Below are positions 40,162 through 48,423 of a stretch of 64,000 bases of DNA, piece by piece. This DNA is from Candidatus Dadabacteria bacterium. Lineage in GTDB: Bacteria; Desulfobacterota_D; UBA1144; Nemesobacterales; Nemesobacteraceae. How positions within the stretch are numbered: the stretch's first letter is position 1; each line of letters begins with the position of its first letter. The notes below the pieces were generated by a model that ran no database searches, was not told where the DNA came from, and worked only from the letters and a program-made list of their open reading frames with translations. Both the position numbers and the translations under genes were made by a program. The stretch spans positions 4,165 through 68,164 of the forward strand of contig JAPPFE010000021.1 of assembly GCA_028823955.1 (NCBI GenBank), in the 5' to 3' direction.

Positions 40162-40932
40162 CTACGTCTTTTTTACCTCTTCCCAGATCTCGTCCATCTG
40201 CTCCATGGAAAGAGTGCTTATTTCTTTTGCCCCGGTCCGCGCTTTCTCTTCGAACCGGGAGAATCTCTCTATGAACTTCTCGACGGCCCCATGAGACGTA
40301 GTCTCGGCGTCGATGTCAAGATGTCTTGCCAGATTCACTACGGAAAAAACAAGATCTCCCCACTCCTCCCGGGATCTGTTTTTCTCGCCGGCCTCCATTT
40401 CCCGTTCAAGCTCAAGCAGTTCCTCCTTTACCTTAGCAAAAGCCGAAGAAACGTCGCTCCAGTCAAACCCGGTGCGGGCCGCTTTCTCGCCGACTCTCTG
40501 CGCCCTCATCAAAGAGGGCATGGCTCTCGGTATTTCCTCCAGATCGGACTTCCCTTTTTTCTCCTTGAGCTTCTCGGCGTTCCAAGTCCTTAAGGCCTCG
40601 TCCGCGTCCTTGGCTTTTTTCTCACCGAACACGTGAGGGTGCCTTCTTATGAGTTTGTCGTGGAGTCTCTGGGTAACATCGCCTATGCCGAATTTCCCCT
40701 CTTCGCTTGCTATCTGGGAGATGAAGACAACCTGGAAAAGGAAATCTCCAAGCTCCTCTACAAGTCCGTCCGTATCCCCAAGCTCTATTGCCTGTATTAC
40801 CTCGTAGGCCTCTTCGAGAACGTACGCCCGAAGCGACTCGAGCGTCTGCTCCCTGTCCCATGGACAGCCTCCCGGAGCGCGCAGACGCCTTGCAAGCGAA
40901 ACTATATCGTCAAAAGTTTTTTCCTCTTTCAT
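40162..40932 (-). CDS. mazG: nucleoside triphosphate pyrophosphohydrolase
   Basis: 256 aa. Tandem MazG domains (EEAYEV ... motif). Confidence 0.9.
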   Translation of the reverse strand: MKEEKTFDDIVSLARRLRAPGGCPWDREQTLESLRAYVLEEAYEVIQAIELGDTDGLVEELGDFLFQVVFISQIASEEGKFGIGDVTQRLHDKLIRRHPHVFGEKKAKDADEALRTWNAEKLKEKKGKSDLEEIPRAMPSLMRAQRVGEKAARTGFDWSDVSSAFAKVKEELLELEREMEAGEKNRSREEWGDLVFSVVNLARHLDIDAETTSHGAVEKFIERFSRFEEKARTGAKEISTLSMEQMDEIWEEVKKT

Positions 40933-40947
40933 AACTCCTGGGGCACC

Positions 40948-42126
40948 CTAGACCCGAAATTTCTTCGAACACCGGGTCAGGTTCTGGTTTCCGTCCCGCG
41001 TGACCAAGACCACGTCCTCTATCCTGACTCCCCCGAGACGCTCGTAGTAAAGACCGGGCTCTACAGTAACAACATTTCCCTCCTTAAGAATCTCGTTTCC
41101 GGGACCGATTCTCGGCGGCTCATGGATGTCAAGCCCCAGGCCGTGGCCCGTGGAATGTATGAACCCTTCGGGGCTTCCGGAACCCGAAGCCGTGGTAGGA
41201 AACCCCCGTTCCGTGAAGAAATCGATTACCGCGCCGTGCACGTCCTTTGATCTCACGCCGTCTTTTATCATGGAAAGCGCGATTTTCTGACCGCGCAAAA
41301 CGGTAGCGTACATTCTTAGAAGTTCAGCCGAGGGCTCGCCCTTAACAACCGTCCTCGTCATGTCGCCGAAGTAGCCGTTCTCCTGGGATCTCGGGAAAAT
41401 GTCGATCACCACCGGCCACCCGGCCTTAAGAGGCCCTGAGCCCTTCTCGTGGGGCATGGAGCCCTGAACCCCTCCGGCCACTATGGTGTTTGAAGCCAGA
41501 TACCCCCGTTCGGCAAGATAGGAGCTTATGGCGGAACGCACTATCTCGGAGGTAAGGGGCTTGCCGTCGCGGTAAAGCACGGAACCCTTCACCACTGAAT
41601 CCGATATAATTGAAATAGCAATCCTCATGGCCCATGCCGTAGCGTAAAGCGCCTTCTTTATGAGTGAAACTTCCGCCGGGGATTTCCTGAGGCGCCCGGG
41701 AAAAAGAAAATCCGTTTTCGCGGTCCTGACGAAAAAACCGGCTCCCCGGAGCGCGTCGGCATAGGAAACCGGAAAAAACCTCTGGACAACCAGGCTCCTT
41801 ACCCCTCTTTCCCTGAGAATTGCCGCGGCCACCTCGGCAATACCGGGCCTTTTTCTCTTGCCACCGCGAATCTTGGCAACCCACTCCCCAAGTGAGATGA
41901 CCCGCTCTACTCTTGCCTCTTTTTTCCCCCGCTCAAGCTCAAGGTCGCTGAGAACCAGTGTTCCTTCCCCGTCGTGCTCGAAAAAAATAACAGGGTCCGG
42001 AACGAAAAAGCCGGTTCTGTGGTAAAGGTCGGAATTGCGCTCGCTCGAATCGATTATAAGGTAGGCCGTTTTGCTCACGCCGAAAACTATACAATAAACC
42101 TGGGCAGCGGGGCAAACTAGCGCCAC
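40948..42126 (-). CDS. M24 family Xaa-Pro aminopeptidase
   Basis: 392 aa. Creatinase N-domain plus pita-bread fold with HSTGHGLGLDIHE. GTG start at 42126 lies 2 bp from direct-repeat copy 1. Start uncertain. Confidence 0.85.
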   Translation of the reverse strand: MALVCPAAQVYCIVFGVSKTAYLIIDSSERNSDLYHRTGFFVPDPVIFFEHDGEGTLVLSDLELERGKKEARVERVISLGEWVAKIRGGKRKRPGIAEVAAAILRERGVRSLVVQRFFPVSYADALRGAGFFVRTAKTDFLFPGRLRKSPAEVSLIKKALYATAWAMRIAISIISDSVVKGSVLYRDGKPLTSEIVRSAISSYLAERGYLASNTIVAGGVQGSMPHEKGSGPLKAGWPVVIDIFPRSQENGYFGDMTRTVVKGEPSAELLRMYATVLRGQKIALSMIKDGVRSKDVHGAVIDFFTERGFPTTASGSGSPEGFIHSTGHGLGLDIHEPPRIGPGNEILKEGNVVTVEPGLYYERLGGVRIEDVVLVTRDGNQNLTRCSKKFRV

Positions 42127-42128
42127 TG

Positions 42129-42144
42129 CTTACCGCTTACGCTT
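42129..42144. repeat. 16-bp direct repeat CTTACCGCTTACGCTT, copy 1 (left boundary of the inserted segment)
   Basis: Exact 16-mer read from the sequence. The second copy is at 45056-45071. Confidence 0.7.
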
Positions 42145-42579
42145 GTTAGCAATAAATTAATTGTCCAGTCTTAGATTTTTGGTTGCAGGAGGGATCTACG
42201 AACCGGACAGAGTTACTGCTTAACTGACTTCTGAACAAATGCTTGACAATGCACATTCATGTTAGTTATACCGACGTACGTACCTAGACCGACCTGGACA
42301 CCATCCGTAGATGAGGAAACCACCATCTACGAGGAATTTATGGAAGATGAAGAAAGCTAGCATTGCGTTCTATTGCACATATTGATATAGTGAGGAATGG
42401 GCGGTAATAAAATATGCTAGTAGGCTATCTGACCAGATACTAACATTCACCATTCACCCTTCGCATCTACTGCCCCGTTTGATATGGGCGATGAGAGAAA
42501 CTTTGCTATTTATTGAATTCTTTATCCTGTGTTTAGTTGAGGCAATGGTTTTGGCTTACTGTTAATGGAGGTTTTTATT

Positions 42580-43134
42580 GTGAAAAGATTTTTGCTTTTA
42601 TTGACGGCTTTCTTTGTCATAGGTTTGGCTTCTTGTGATGACGATAATGACTCAGACATGGAACCTGAGCCCACGACAATAAAGATGAAGGGTTTCTTTA
42701 ACAGCGTTGATGAAAACAACATGGATGACTGTCAGAGTGAGGACCTGAATTTGATAGTGGAAGATGAGGTAGTTGTTGGCAGTTCTAATTTTGCTGCATC
42801 AGGGGAAACGGGCGAAGTCTTTGATGAAGCGGTGTTCGGATATATAGGTATAAAGACTCAAAACCGTATAGCCGCCTCTTACGTAACGGCAACGAGAGAA
42901 GGGGAACTTGTTAATCCCGGAGTTCTCTATCTTAGGAAAAGAGGGGATTTATATGTTGGGTTTTGGGGTGGAGGAGCTACACGTCCGGAAGGTAATCCGT
43001 CCGTTGTTTGTCCGTACATAATGGTTCCGCAGGAGATGGTCGAGGAAGATGGCTGCGAAGCTGAAGCTTATGCAGAGTATCTTAAAAATGAGGATGGTTC
43101 AATAAAAGCCTGTGTAATGGCCCCAAATAGCTAA
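42580..43134 (+). CDS. acidic lipoprotein (cargo gene of the insertion)
   Basis: GGAGG SD then 7 nt then a GTG start at 42580 (the ORF-track ATG at 42565 overlaps the SD). Lipobox VIGLA-SC followed by a D/E-rich stretch and 4 further Cys. AT-rich codon usage. Confidence 0.6.
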   Translation: MKRFLLLLTAFFVIGLASCDDDNDSDMEPEPTTIKMKGFFNSVDENNMDDCQSEDLNLIVEDEVVVGSSNFAASGETGEVFDEAVFGYIGIKTQNRIAASYVTATREGELVNPGVLYLRKRGDLYVGFWGGGATRPEGNPSVVCPYIMVPQEMVEEDGCEAEAYAEYLKNEDGSIKACVMAPNS

Positions 43135-43219
43135 TCCGTTAAATGAGTGACGGACCTGTAATTACGATAACAGTGGAAATTCCCGAAACTGTTAGTCAAC
43201 TTCCTCCTGGCGATGACGA

Positions 43220-43357
43220 TCAGGAATTTGAAATATGTCTATATAATAAATGGAAAGCAGCTTCGACCAAATCTTGTAGCGGCTTCACGCCGTCTGAATG
43301 GCTTCGTAGATATGCTTGACCATATGCGTTCGTTTTTTCACATTTCTTACGATTCAT
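43220..43357 (-). CDS. small ORF (45 aa) with consensus Shine-Dalgarno
   Basis: AAGGAGG, 8 nt spacer, then ATG at 43357. Hand-translated as MNRKKCEKTNAYGQAYLRSHSDGVKPLQDLVEAAFHLLYRHISNS*. Below the ORF-track length cutoff. Confidence 0.25.
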   Translation of the reverse strand: MNRKKCEKTNAYGQAYLRSHSDGVKPLQDLVEAAFHLLYRHISNS

Positions 43358-43671
43358 AATTAAAACCTCCTTGAACTTCATTTGAGTTCATTGACTTAAA
43401 GACCTAATTACCATTTAATTTGTTTCCAGTACCGTTCTGAAAGCTTAAATCAAGCGAAAAAATTTAAAATCGAGTTTGCTTAAATTCACGGGTTGCCTGA
43501 CCGAGAGCTGCCTAATTTGCTTCCGCGCCAAAGAGCGCCTGTGTAGGACAAGCGCCTCGGTCAAGCACCACCGTGATAAATGTCCAACAGGAAGTTCGTG
43601 CCATCGAGCACCCGTACTGGATCCGACAAACATCACGGCTAACCCGAATTTACATGGAGGTATTAATTTAC

Positions 43672-44922
43672 ATGAAGAATCATGAATCTCTATTTTTTGC
43701 AGGCATTGACTGGGGGAGAAATTCCCACCAGGTCTGCGTTGTTGATCGCGAAGGTTCCGTCATCGGAGAAAAAAGCTTCAAGCACTCAGGAGGCGGTCTT
43801 TTGGAAATGGCTCAGTGGATGAGAAAGATCTCAGACTCTGAGGTCTGCGACATAGCAGCAGCTATTGAGGTAAACCACGGCCCTGTCGTGGAAAGTCTTG
43901 TTGAACAAGGCTTCCGGGTTTATTCCATAAACCCAAAACAGCTTGACCGCTTCAGGGACAGATTCTGCGTCTCAGGAGCCAAGGATGACAGAAGAGACGC
44001 CTTGGTACTGGCTTCGGCGCTTAGAACGGATCGTTATCACTTCCGCTTTATTGAACCCCAGGACCCCAATGTCATAATCCTGCGGGAATTCAACAGAACC
44101 AGAGAGGAGCTCACAGCAGAACACACCCGCTTGGTAAACCGTCTCCGCGGACTGCTCTTCAGGTATTACCCCCAGTTCGGCGAGCTTCTGGGCAAGAAGG
44201 TAAGCGCGTGGCACCTGGAACTATGGGAGCTTATGCCTTGTCCTGACTCTACAAAAGGAAAAAGAGTCTCAACGGTCAAGAACCTCCTCAGACGCAACGG
44301 AGTGAGGCGTTTTAACGCGAAGGAGGTGCTCAGGGTATTGCATGACAAGAAAATAGAATTAAACGATGCAACCACCGAGAGCTGCGTTTGGCACATAAGG
44401 AAAATCATTGAACGCATGAAAGTGATAGACCGCCAGATAAAAGAGACCGAAGACTCTATCAAACAGATTGTTGAGACCATGAACTCAAAACTCAAGACCG
44501 AGGGCCAAGGGCCAACCGACATTGAGATACTCATCTCCATTCCGGGGGTGGGACATGTAGTTCTCGCTACTTTGATTGCCGAGGCTTGGGACCTTATACG
44601 TCGTCGAGACCGCGAGGCGCTTCGATGTCTTGGAGGTACGGCCCCTGTAACGAGACAGTCGGGCAAAAGCAGACAGGTTGTTCTGCGAAGAGCGGTATGC
44701 AGGAACCTCGCCGACGCGTTTCATGTTCTGGGCAGGATAGCCGCAGTCAATGATCCGGCGAGCAAGGCCAAATATAAAGCGCTTCGCGCAAAAGGCCATC
44801 GTCATTGCAGATCTGTTCGTACTGTATGCGATCGTCTTTTATCGGTTGTCTGCGCTATACTGAAAAAGGGAGAATTGTTCGACAAGGAGTTCAAGAAACC
44901 CTTGGAGGATATTGCGGCGTGA
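43672..44922 (+). CDS. IS110-family transposase (DEDD RuvC-like N-domain plus Transposase_20 C-domain)
   Basis: N-terminal FAGIDWGRNSHQVCVVD. C-terminal IPGVGHVVLATLIAEAWD helix-hairpin-helix and a conserved Ser region. ATG at 43672 chosen (the ORF-track start at 43573 is an upstream extension). Confidence 0.9.
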   Translation: MKNHESLFFAGIDWGRNSHQVCVVDREGSVIGEKSFKHSGGGLLEMAQWMRKISDSEVCDIAAAIEVNHGPVVESLVEQGFRVYSINPKQLDRFRDRFCVSGAKDDRRDALVLASALRTDRYHFRFIEPQDPNVIILREFNRTREELTAEHTRLVNRLRGLLFRYYPQFGELLGKKVSAWHLELWELMPCPDSTKGKRVSTVKNLLRRNGVRRFNAKEVLRVLHDKKIELNDATTESCVWHIRKIIERMKVIDRQIKETEDSIKQIVETMNSKLKTEGQGPTDIEILISIPGVGHVVLATLIAEAWDLIRRRDREALRCLGGTAPVTRQSGKSRQVVLRRAVCRNLADAFHVLGRIAAVNDPASKAKYKALRAKGHRHCRSVRTVCDRLLSVVCAILKKGELFDKEFKKPLEDIAA

Positions 44923-45055
44923 ATGGAAACCAAGCAGGAATGAAATCGTCAGGGAAAGCAGAACAAAAGAACAGAGAAAATCGAGGAGGAATCTTAAAAA
45001 AGGAAATTCGCACTATACATAAATTTAAGCTTGCTAAAAAACAGGAAGTCCTACA

Positions 45056-45071
45056 CTTACCGCTTACGCTT
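45056..45071. repeat. 16-bp direct repeat CTTACCGCTTACGCTT, copy 2 (right boundary)
   Basis: Exact match to 42129-42144. Sits 78 bp upstream of erpA. Confidence 0.7.
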
Positions 45072-45148
45072 TGACAATCGTCCCCGGCAGATGTATTTTG
45101 TTAGTGGAGTGGTAAAAGAAATTTACACTGCGAGGAGGCAGAGGAATT

Positions 45149-45472
45149 ATGTTTTCCGTAACTCCCAAAGCCGTAGATGAAATAAAAAGGCTGCTTGCCG
45201 AAGACGACATCGAAAATGCGTTTCTCAGGGTAAGGATAGTGCCCGGGGGCTGTTCCGGGTTTTCCTACGAGATGGGATTTGACGACGAGACCGATGAAGG
45301 AGACAACTTGATCGAGTCCGACGGCATAAAGGTCGCTATCGACGAGATCAGCTACACCTATCTAGACGGATCGGTTCTTGATTTCAAGGATGGTCTTGAC
45401 GGAAAGGGCTTTGCAATCGAAAACCCTAACGCGACCGGTTCCTGCGGCTGCGGACAGTCTTTCACCGCATAG
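45149..45472 (+). CDS. erpA: iron-sulfur cluster insertion protein (HesB/IscA/ErpA family)
   Basis: 107 aa. Cys ligands in VPGGCSGF and the C-terminal GSCGCGQSF. Confidence 0.85.
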   Translation: MFSVTPKAVDEIKRLLAEDDIENAFLRVRIVPGGCSGFSYEMGFDDETDEGDNLIESDGIKVAIDEISYTYLDGSVLDFKDGLDGKGFAIENPNATGSCGCGQSFTA

Positions 45473-45744
45473 AAAAATCCGCAACATCCAGATTTTCCCC
45501 ACAAAACCTTTGCCGGATCCCGCGGCGAATCTTGACGCGGAGGATTCATTGAATGTGGACGGGCCGGAAAAGCAGGCTTTTTGTCTGTGGGGCGTTGTGT
45601 GGGGTAACGGATCATGGTTTCTGTATTTGCAAAAAACCGCAGAAACCAGATTCTCGGAAAAACGTATTCTTTTTCGGATAAACAGATTTGATTATATACT
45701 TATACAGGTAGCAGACCTGCTAGGCAGTCGGCACAGAGTACATC

Positions 45745-47592
45745 ATGGCATCAACGGCAAAAACACTTAAGGCCCACGAAGAAGCAAAAAGCTACGACAG
45801 GATCAAGTCAAAACACCTGATCGGAACCATCTTCACCGACTTTACTCCTTGGAACAAGCTCTACGGATTCAGAAACTTTATCCACGCCCCCTCAGGGAAG
45901 AAGATCGAGTTCGCTAACGATCCCGCCGTCATAGTAGGCACCGCAGTGTTTAAGGGCACCGGTGAGGAAGTGGCCGTAATAGCCCAGCAGACCCCCTCGA
46001 GCGAAAAGGAAAGAACTACGCTTAACTATGGAATGGTCAAGGCCGACGGCTACGGGCTGTCTTTGTGCATGATGGAATACGCAGAGCAGCACCGTCTCAA
46101 ACTCTACACGTTCATCGACACCATTGGTGGAGATCCCTATGAATACTCGGCCGAAAAGCTTCAGTCCTGGCTGATTTCCTACTGCCAGTCAAAGATGATC
46201 TCCATAAGAACGAAAACGATAACCACGGTGCTCGGGCTCGGGGGAAGCGGCGGCGCGATCGCCATACAGCTGGGACACAGGAGGCTCATGCTCTCGAGAG
46301 CCGAATATTCCGTAATAACGGCCGAAGGCTGTTCCGCCATCCTTTTCAGAAGTGCGGACAAAGTGGCGGAAGCGCTTGAGGTGCTGCAGCCCACGGCGAC
46401 CCACATGAAGAAATACGGAATAATAGACGAGATAGTAAAAGAGGCTCCTCTTGGAAGAAACAACTACATCCCATCGACACTTAAGAACCTGCAGGCATCC
46501 CTGACCGCCGCCTCCAATGAAGTTGACTGCTTCGACGTGAGGCACCTGCGCCAGGAACTGCGCAGGAAAATCGAGAAGTGTGGCCGCATAAAAAAGCGGG
46601 AGAGACTCTACGGGGGGATCGCAAAGAAAATAAAGGCCTGGCTCCCTAACTACTTCAGCGGAAGAAAGGAAAATCCCGATATCTCGGAAATGCAGATAGC
46701 CATCTACGGATCGGAACCTCACTTCTGCAACGACGAAAAAGACGGTCAGGGAAAAATTATACGCCCCGGTTGCAAGAAACAGCTTACGAAAAAGGAACTG
46801 CACGCGAACAATTCCTCGTGTCCTTACTGCGGCCGCCCCGAAGCGCTTAGTTCCGATGACTATCTGGACTTTCTTCTGGACGAGGCGTCCTTTCACGAAG
46901 TAGAACCGGGTCTTTCCCTTGAGGACGTGGATTCGGTCTACAAGTTCTTTAACTATTCGTCTTCAATACAGAAACTCGCCGGGAAAACCGACTCCAAGGA
47001 TTCCCTTGTAACGGGTTACGGGACCATGTTCGGCATACCCGTGGCGGTGGCGGTCTGCGACTTCCGTTTCATGGGCGGGTCAATGAGTTCCGTCTTCGGC
47101 GAGAAGATGAACAGGATCGTCAGCTACGCCATAGAAAACAGGCTTCCCCTGATAACGATAACGGTAAGCGGAGGAGCCAGGATGCAGGAAGGCACCGTGG
47201 CGCTGTATCAGATGGCGAAAACCATATCAGCGATTATGAGGCTTAAAGAAAACGGGCTTCCGAACATCTCCATACTCGGCCACCCGACGACCGGAGGAGC
47301 CCTCGCGAGCTACTCGGTCCAGGGAGACTTTATAATAGCGGAGAAAAGAGCGACAATCGCATTTGCCGGAGACCGGGTTGTAAAGCTCACAAGCGGCGGA
47401 CGCGGGGTCGATCCGAAAATAATGTCCTCTGAGTTCTACGAGGAAAGCGGCGGCGTTCACCTGGTGGTCGAAAGAAGCAAGATAAAACCCGCGATCTCCG
47501 GGCTGCTTAAGTTCAGGGGTTTTAAAAACAGTCTGGACACCGGGGCATTTCACCAGCGCCTGGACGATGGATTCGAAGACGACTGGCTTTAG
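45745..47592 (+). CDS. accAD: fused acetyl-CoA carboxylase carboxyltransferase, AccA-like N-half and AccD-like C-half
   Basis: 615 aa. Residues ~100-250 match the AccA core (FIDTIGGDP ... LGLGGSGGAIA ... SVITAEGCSAIL). Residues ~340-560 match AccD, including the Zn ribbon (CxxC ... CPYCG) and FMGGSMSSVFGEK. Confidence 0.8.
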   Translation: MASTAKTLKAHEEAKSYDRIKSKHLIGTIFTDFTPWNKLYGFRNFIHAPSGKKIEFANDPAVIVGTAVFKGTGEEVAVIAQQTPSSEKERTTLNYGMVKADGYGLSLCMMEYAEQHRLKLYTFIDTIGGDPYEYSAEKLQSWLISYCQSKMISIRTKTITTVLGLGGSGGAIAIQLGHRRLMLSRAEYSVITAEGCSAILFRSADKVAEALEVLQPTATHMKKYGIIDEIVKEAPLGRNNYIPSTLKNLQASLTAASNEVDCFDVRHLRQELRRKIEKCGRIKKRERLYGGIAKKIKAWLPNYFSGRKENPDISEMQIAIYGSEPHFCNDEKDGQGKIIRPGCKKQLTKKELHANNSSCPYCGRPEALSSDDYLDFLLDEASFHEVEPGLSLEDVDSVYKFFNYSSSIQKLAGKTDSKDSLVTGYGTMFGIPVAVAVCDFRFMGGSMSSVFGEKMNRIVSYAIENRLPLITITVSGGARMQEGTVALYQMAKTISAIMRLKENGLPNISILGHPTTGGALASYSVQGDFIIAEKRATIAFAGDRVVKLTSGGRGVDPKIMSSEFYEESGGVHLVVERSKIKPAISGLLKFRGFKNSLDTGAFHQRLDDGFEDDWL

Positions 47593-47768
47593 TCGTCCGA
47601 AACATCTCCCACAGAACTGATCAGAAGTTAACTTCTCCTCTCAGGATGACTCCATGCTCGGGCTTTGCGGTATTACTCTGCCTGCGTACGGGTGAAGATT
47701 GCTCAAACGGGCATGCTATGTATGGAGCCGGATGAATAAGTTTGGTCGGAAACCCTGAAGCGGGCGCT

Positions 47769-48389
47769 TCATGTGGCCGGAGGCGTATCCGGTTTCTCGG
47801 AGTAGGTGCCGTCAAGTCCCATTATTTTTGAAATTTCCTCTGGGGAATCGAGTATCTCCCCTTTGCCCATCTTGTAAAGAAAGTTCGCGTTGTCCCTCGG
47901 GGCGTCGCTTTTTACGTTAGGGTCGAAGAAAACCTCTTTGGTGTGAACGAGTCCCGCGCGGTTATACGAAGAGAGTTCATACTTCATTCCCATCCGAAGC
48001 GCATCGCACGGGCAGGCCTCGACGCAAAAGCCGCAGAAAACGCAGCGCATGAAATCTATGTTGTATACCTTGGGCCTTCTCTCGATTCCGTAATCGTCCG
48101 CAGGCTCAGAAACTATGGAGATAGCTTGGGTGGGACACGCGATCTCGCAGAGCTTGCACGCAACGCACCTTATCTCGCCCTCGTCATCGGCAGGCATCAC
48201 GTGAAGCCCCCTGTAGTTCTCGGGAAGCGCTTTTACCTCCTCGGGGTATTTCACGGTTATCGGCTGGTGACGCGTGATGTGCCTTATGGTGATCATAAGG
48301 CCCTTTAGCACCTGGGGAATGTAAAGCTTCTCCCAGAAAGAAAGCCGCGGTCGCTCAAGCACTTTTACGTTTATCGCCATAGCAACCAT
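47769..48389 (-). CDS. nuoI: NuoI-like 2x[4Fe-4S] ferredoxin subunit (stand-alone)
   Basis: 206 aa. Two CxxCxxCxxxCP motifs (CVACKLCEIACP, CVFCGFCVEACP) and the NuoI-specific N-terminal region YPEE..LP..YRG. Confidence 0.75.
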   Translation of the reverse strand: MVAMAINVKVLERPRLSFWEKLYIPQVLKGLMITIRHITRHQPITVKYPEEVKALPENYRGLHVMPADDEGEIRCVACKLCEIACPTQAISIVSEPADDYGIERRPKVYNIDFMRCVFCGFCVEACPCDALRMGMKYELSSYNRAGLVHTKEVFFDPNVKSDAPRDNANFLYKMGKGEILDSPEEISKIMGLDGTYSEKPDTPPAT

Positions 48390-48423
48390 CTATATACCAC
48401 AGAAAGGGAAAATACTGAAGCCG

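Larger units (their letters stand above)
42145..45055. mobile_element. ~2.9 kb AT-rich insertion carrying a lipoprotein gene, a small ORF and an IS110-family transposase; bounded by the 16-bp direct repeats
   Basis: Perfect 16-bp direct repeats flank the segment. GC drops relative to flanks. Contains a DEDD-type transposase. The IS proper is probably ~43.36-45.05 kb, but its ends could not be fixed by eye. Confidence 0.5.

Noticed and set aside
42142-42148. CTTGTTA immediately after repeat copy 1, identical to the reported IS492 target heptamer
   Set aside because: A 7-mer coincidence. The transposase here cannot be assigned to IS492 from sequence alone, and the second junction does not show the same heptamer.
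43438-45031. 10-bp inverted repeat AAGCTTAAAT / ATTTAAGCTT roughly flanking the IS110 transposase region
   Set aside because: Six of the ten positions are the self-complementary HindIII site AAGCTT. A 10-bp inverted match within 3 kb is expected by chance. Not treated as IS termini.
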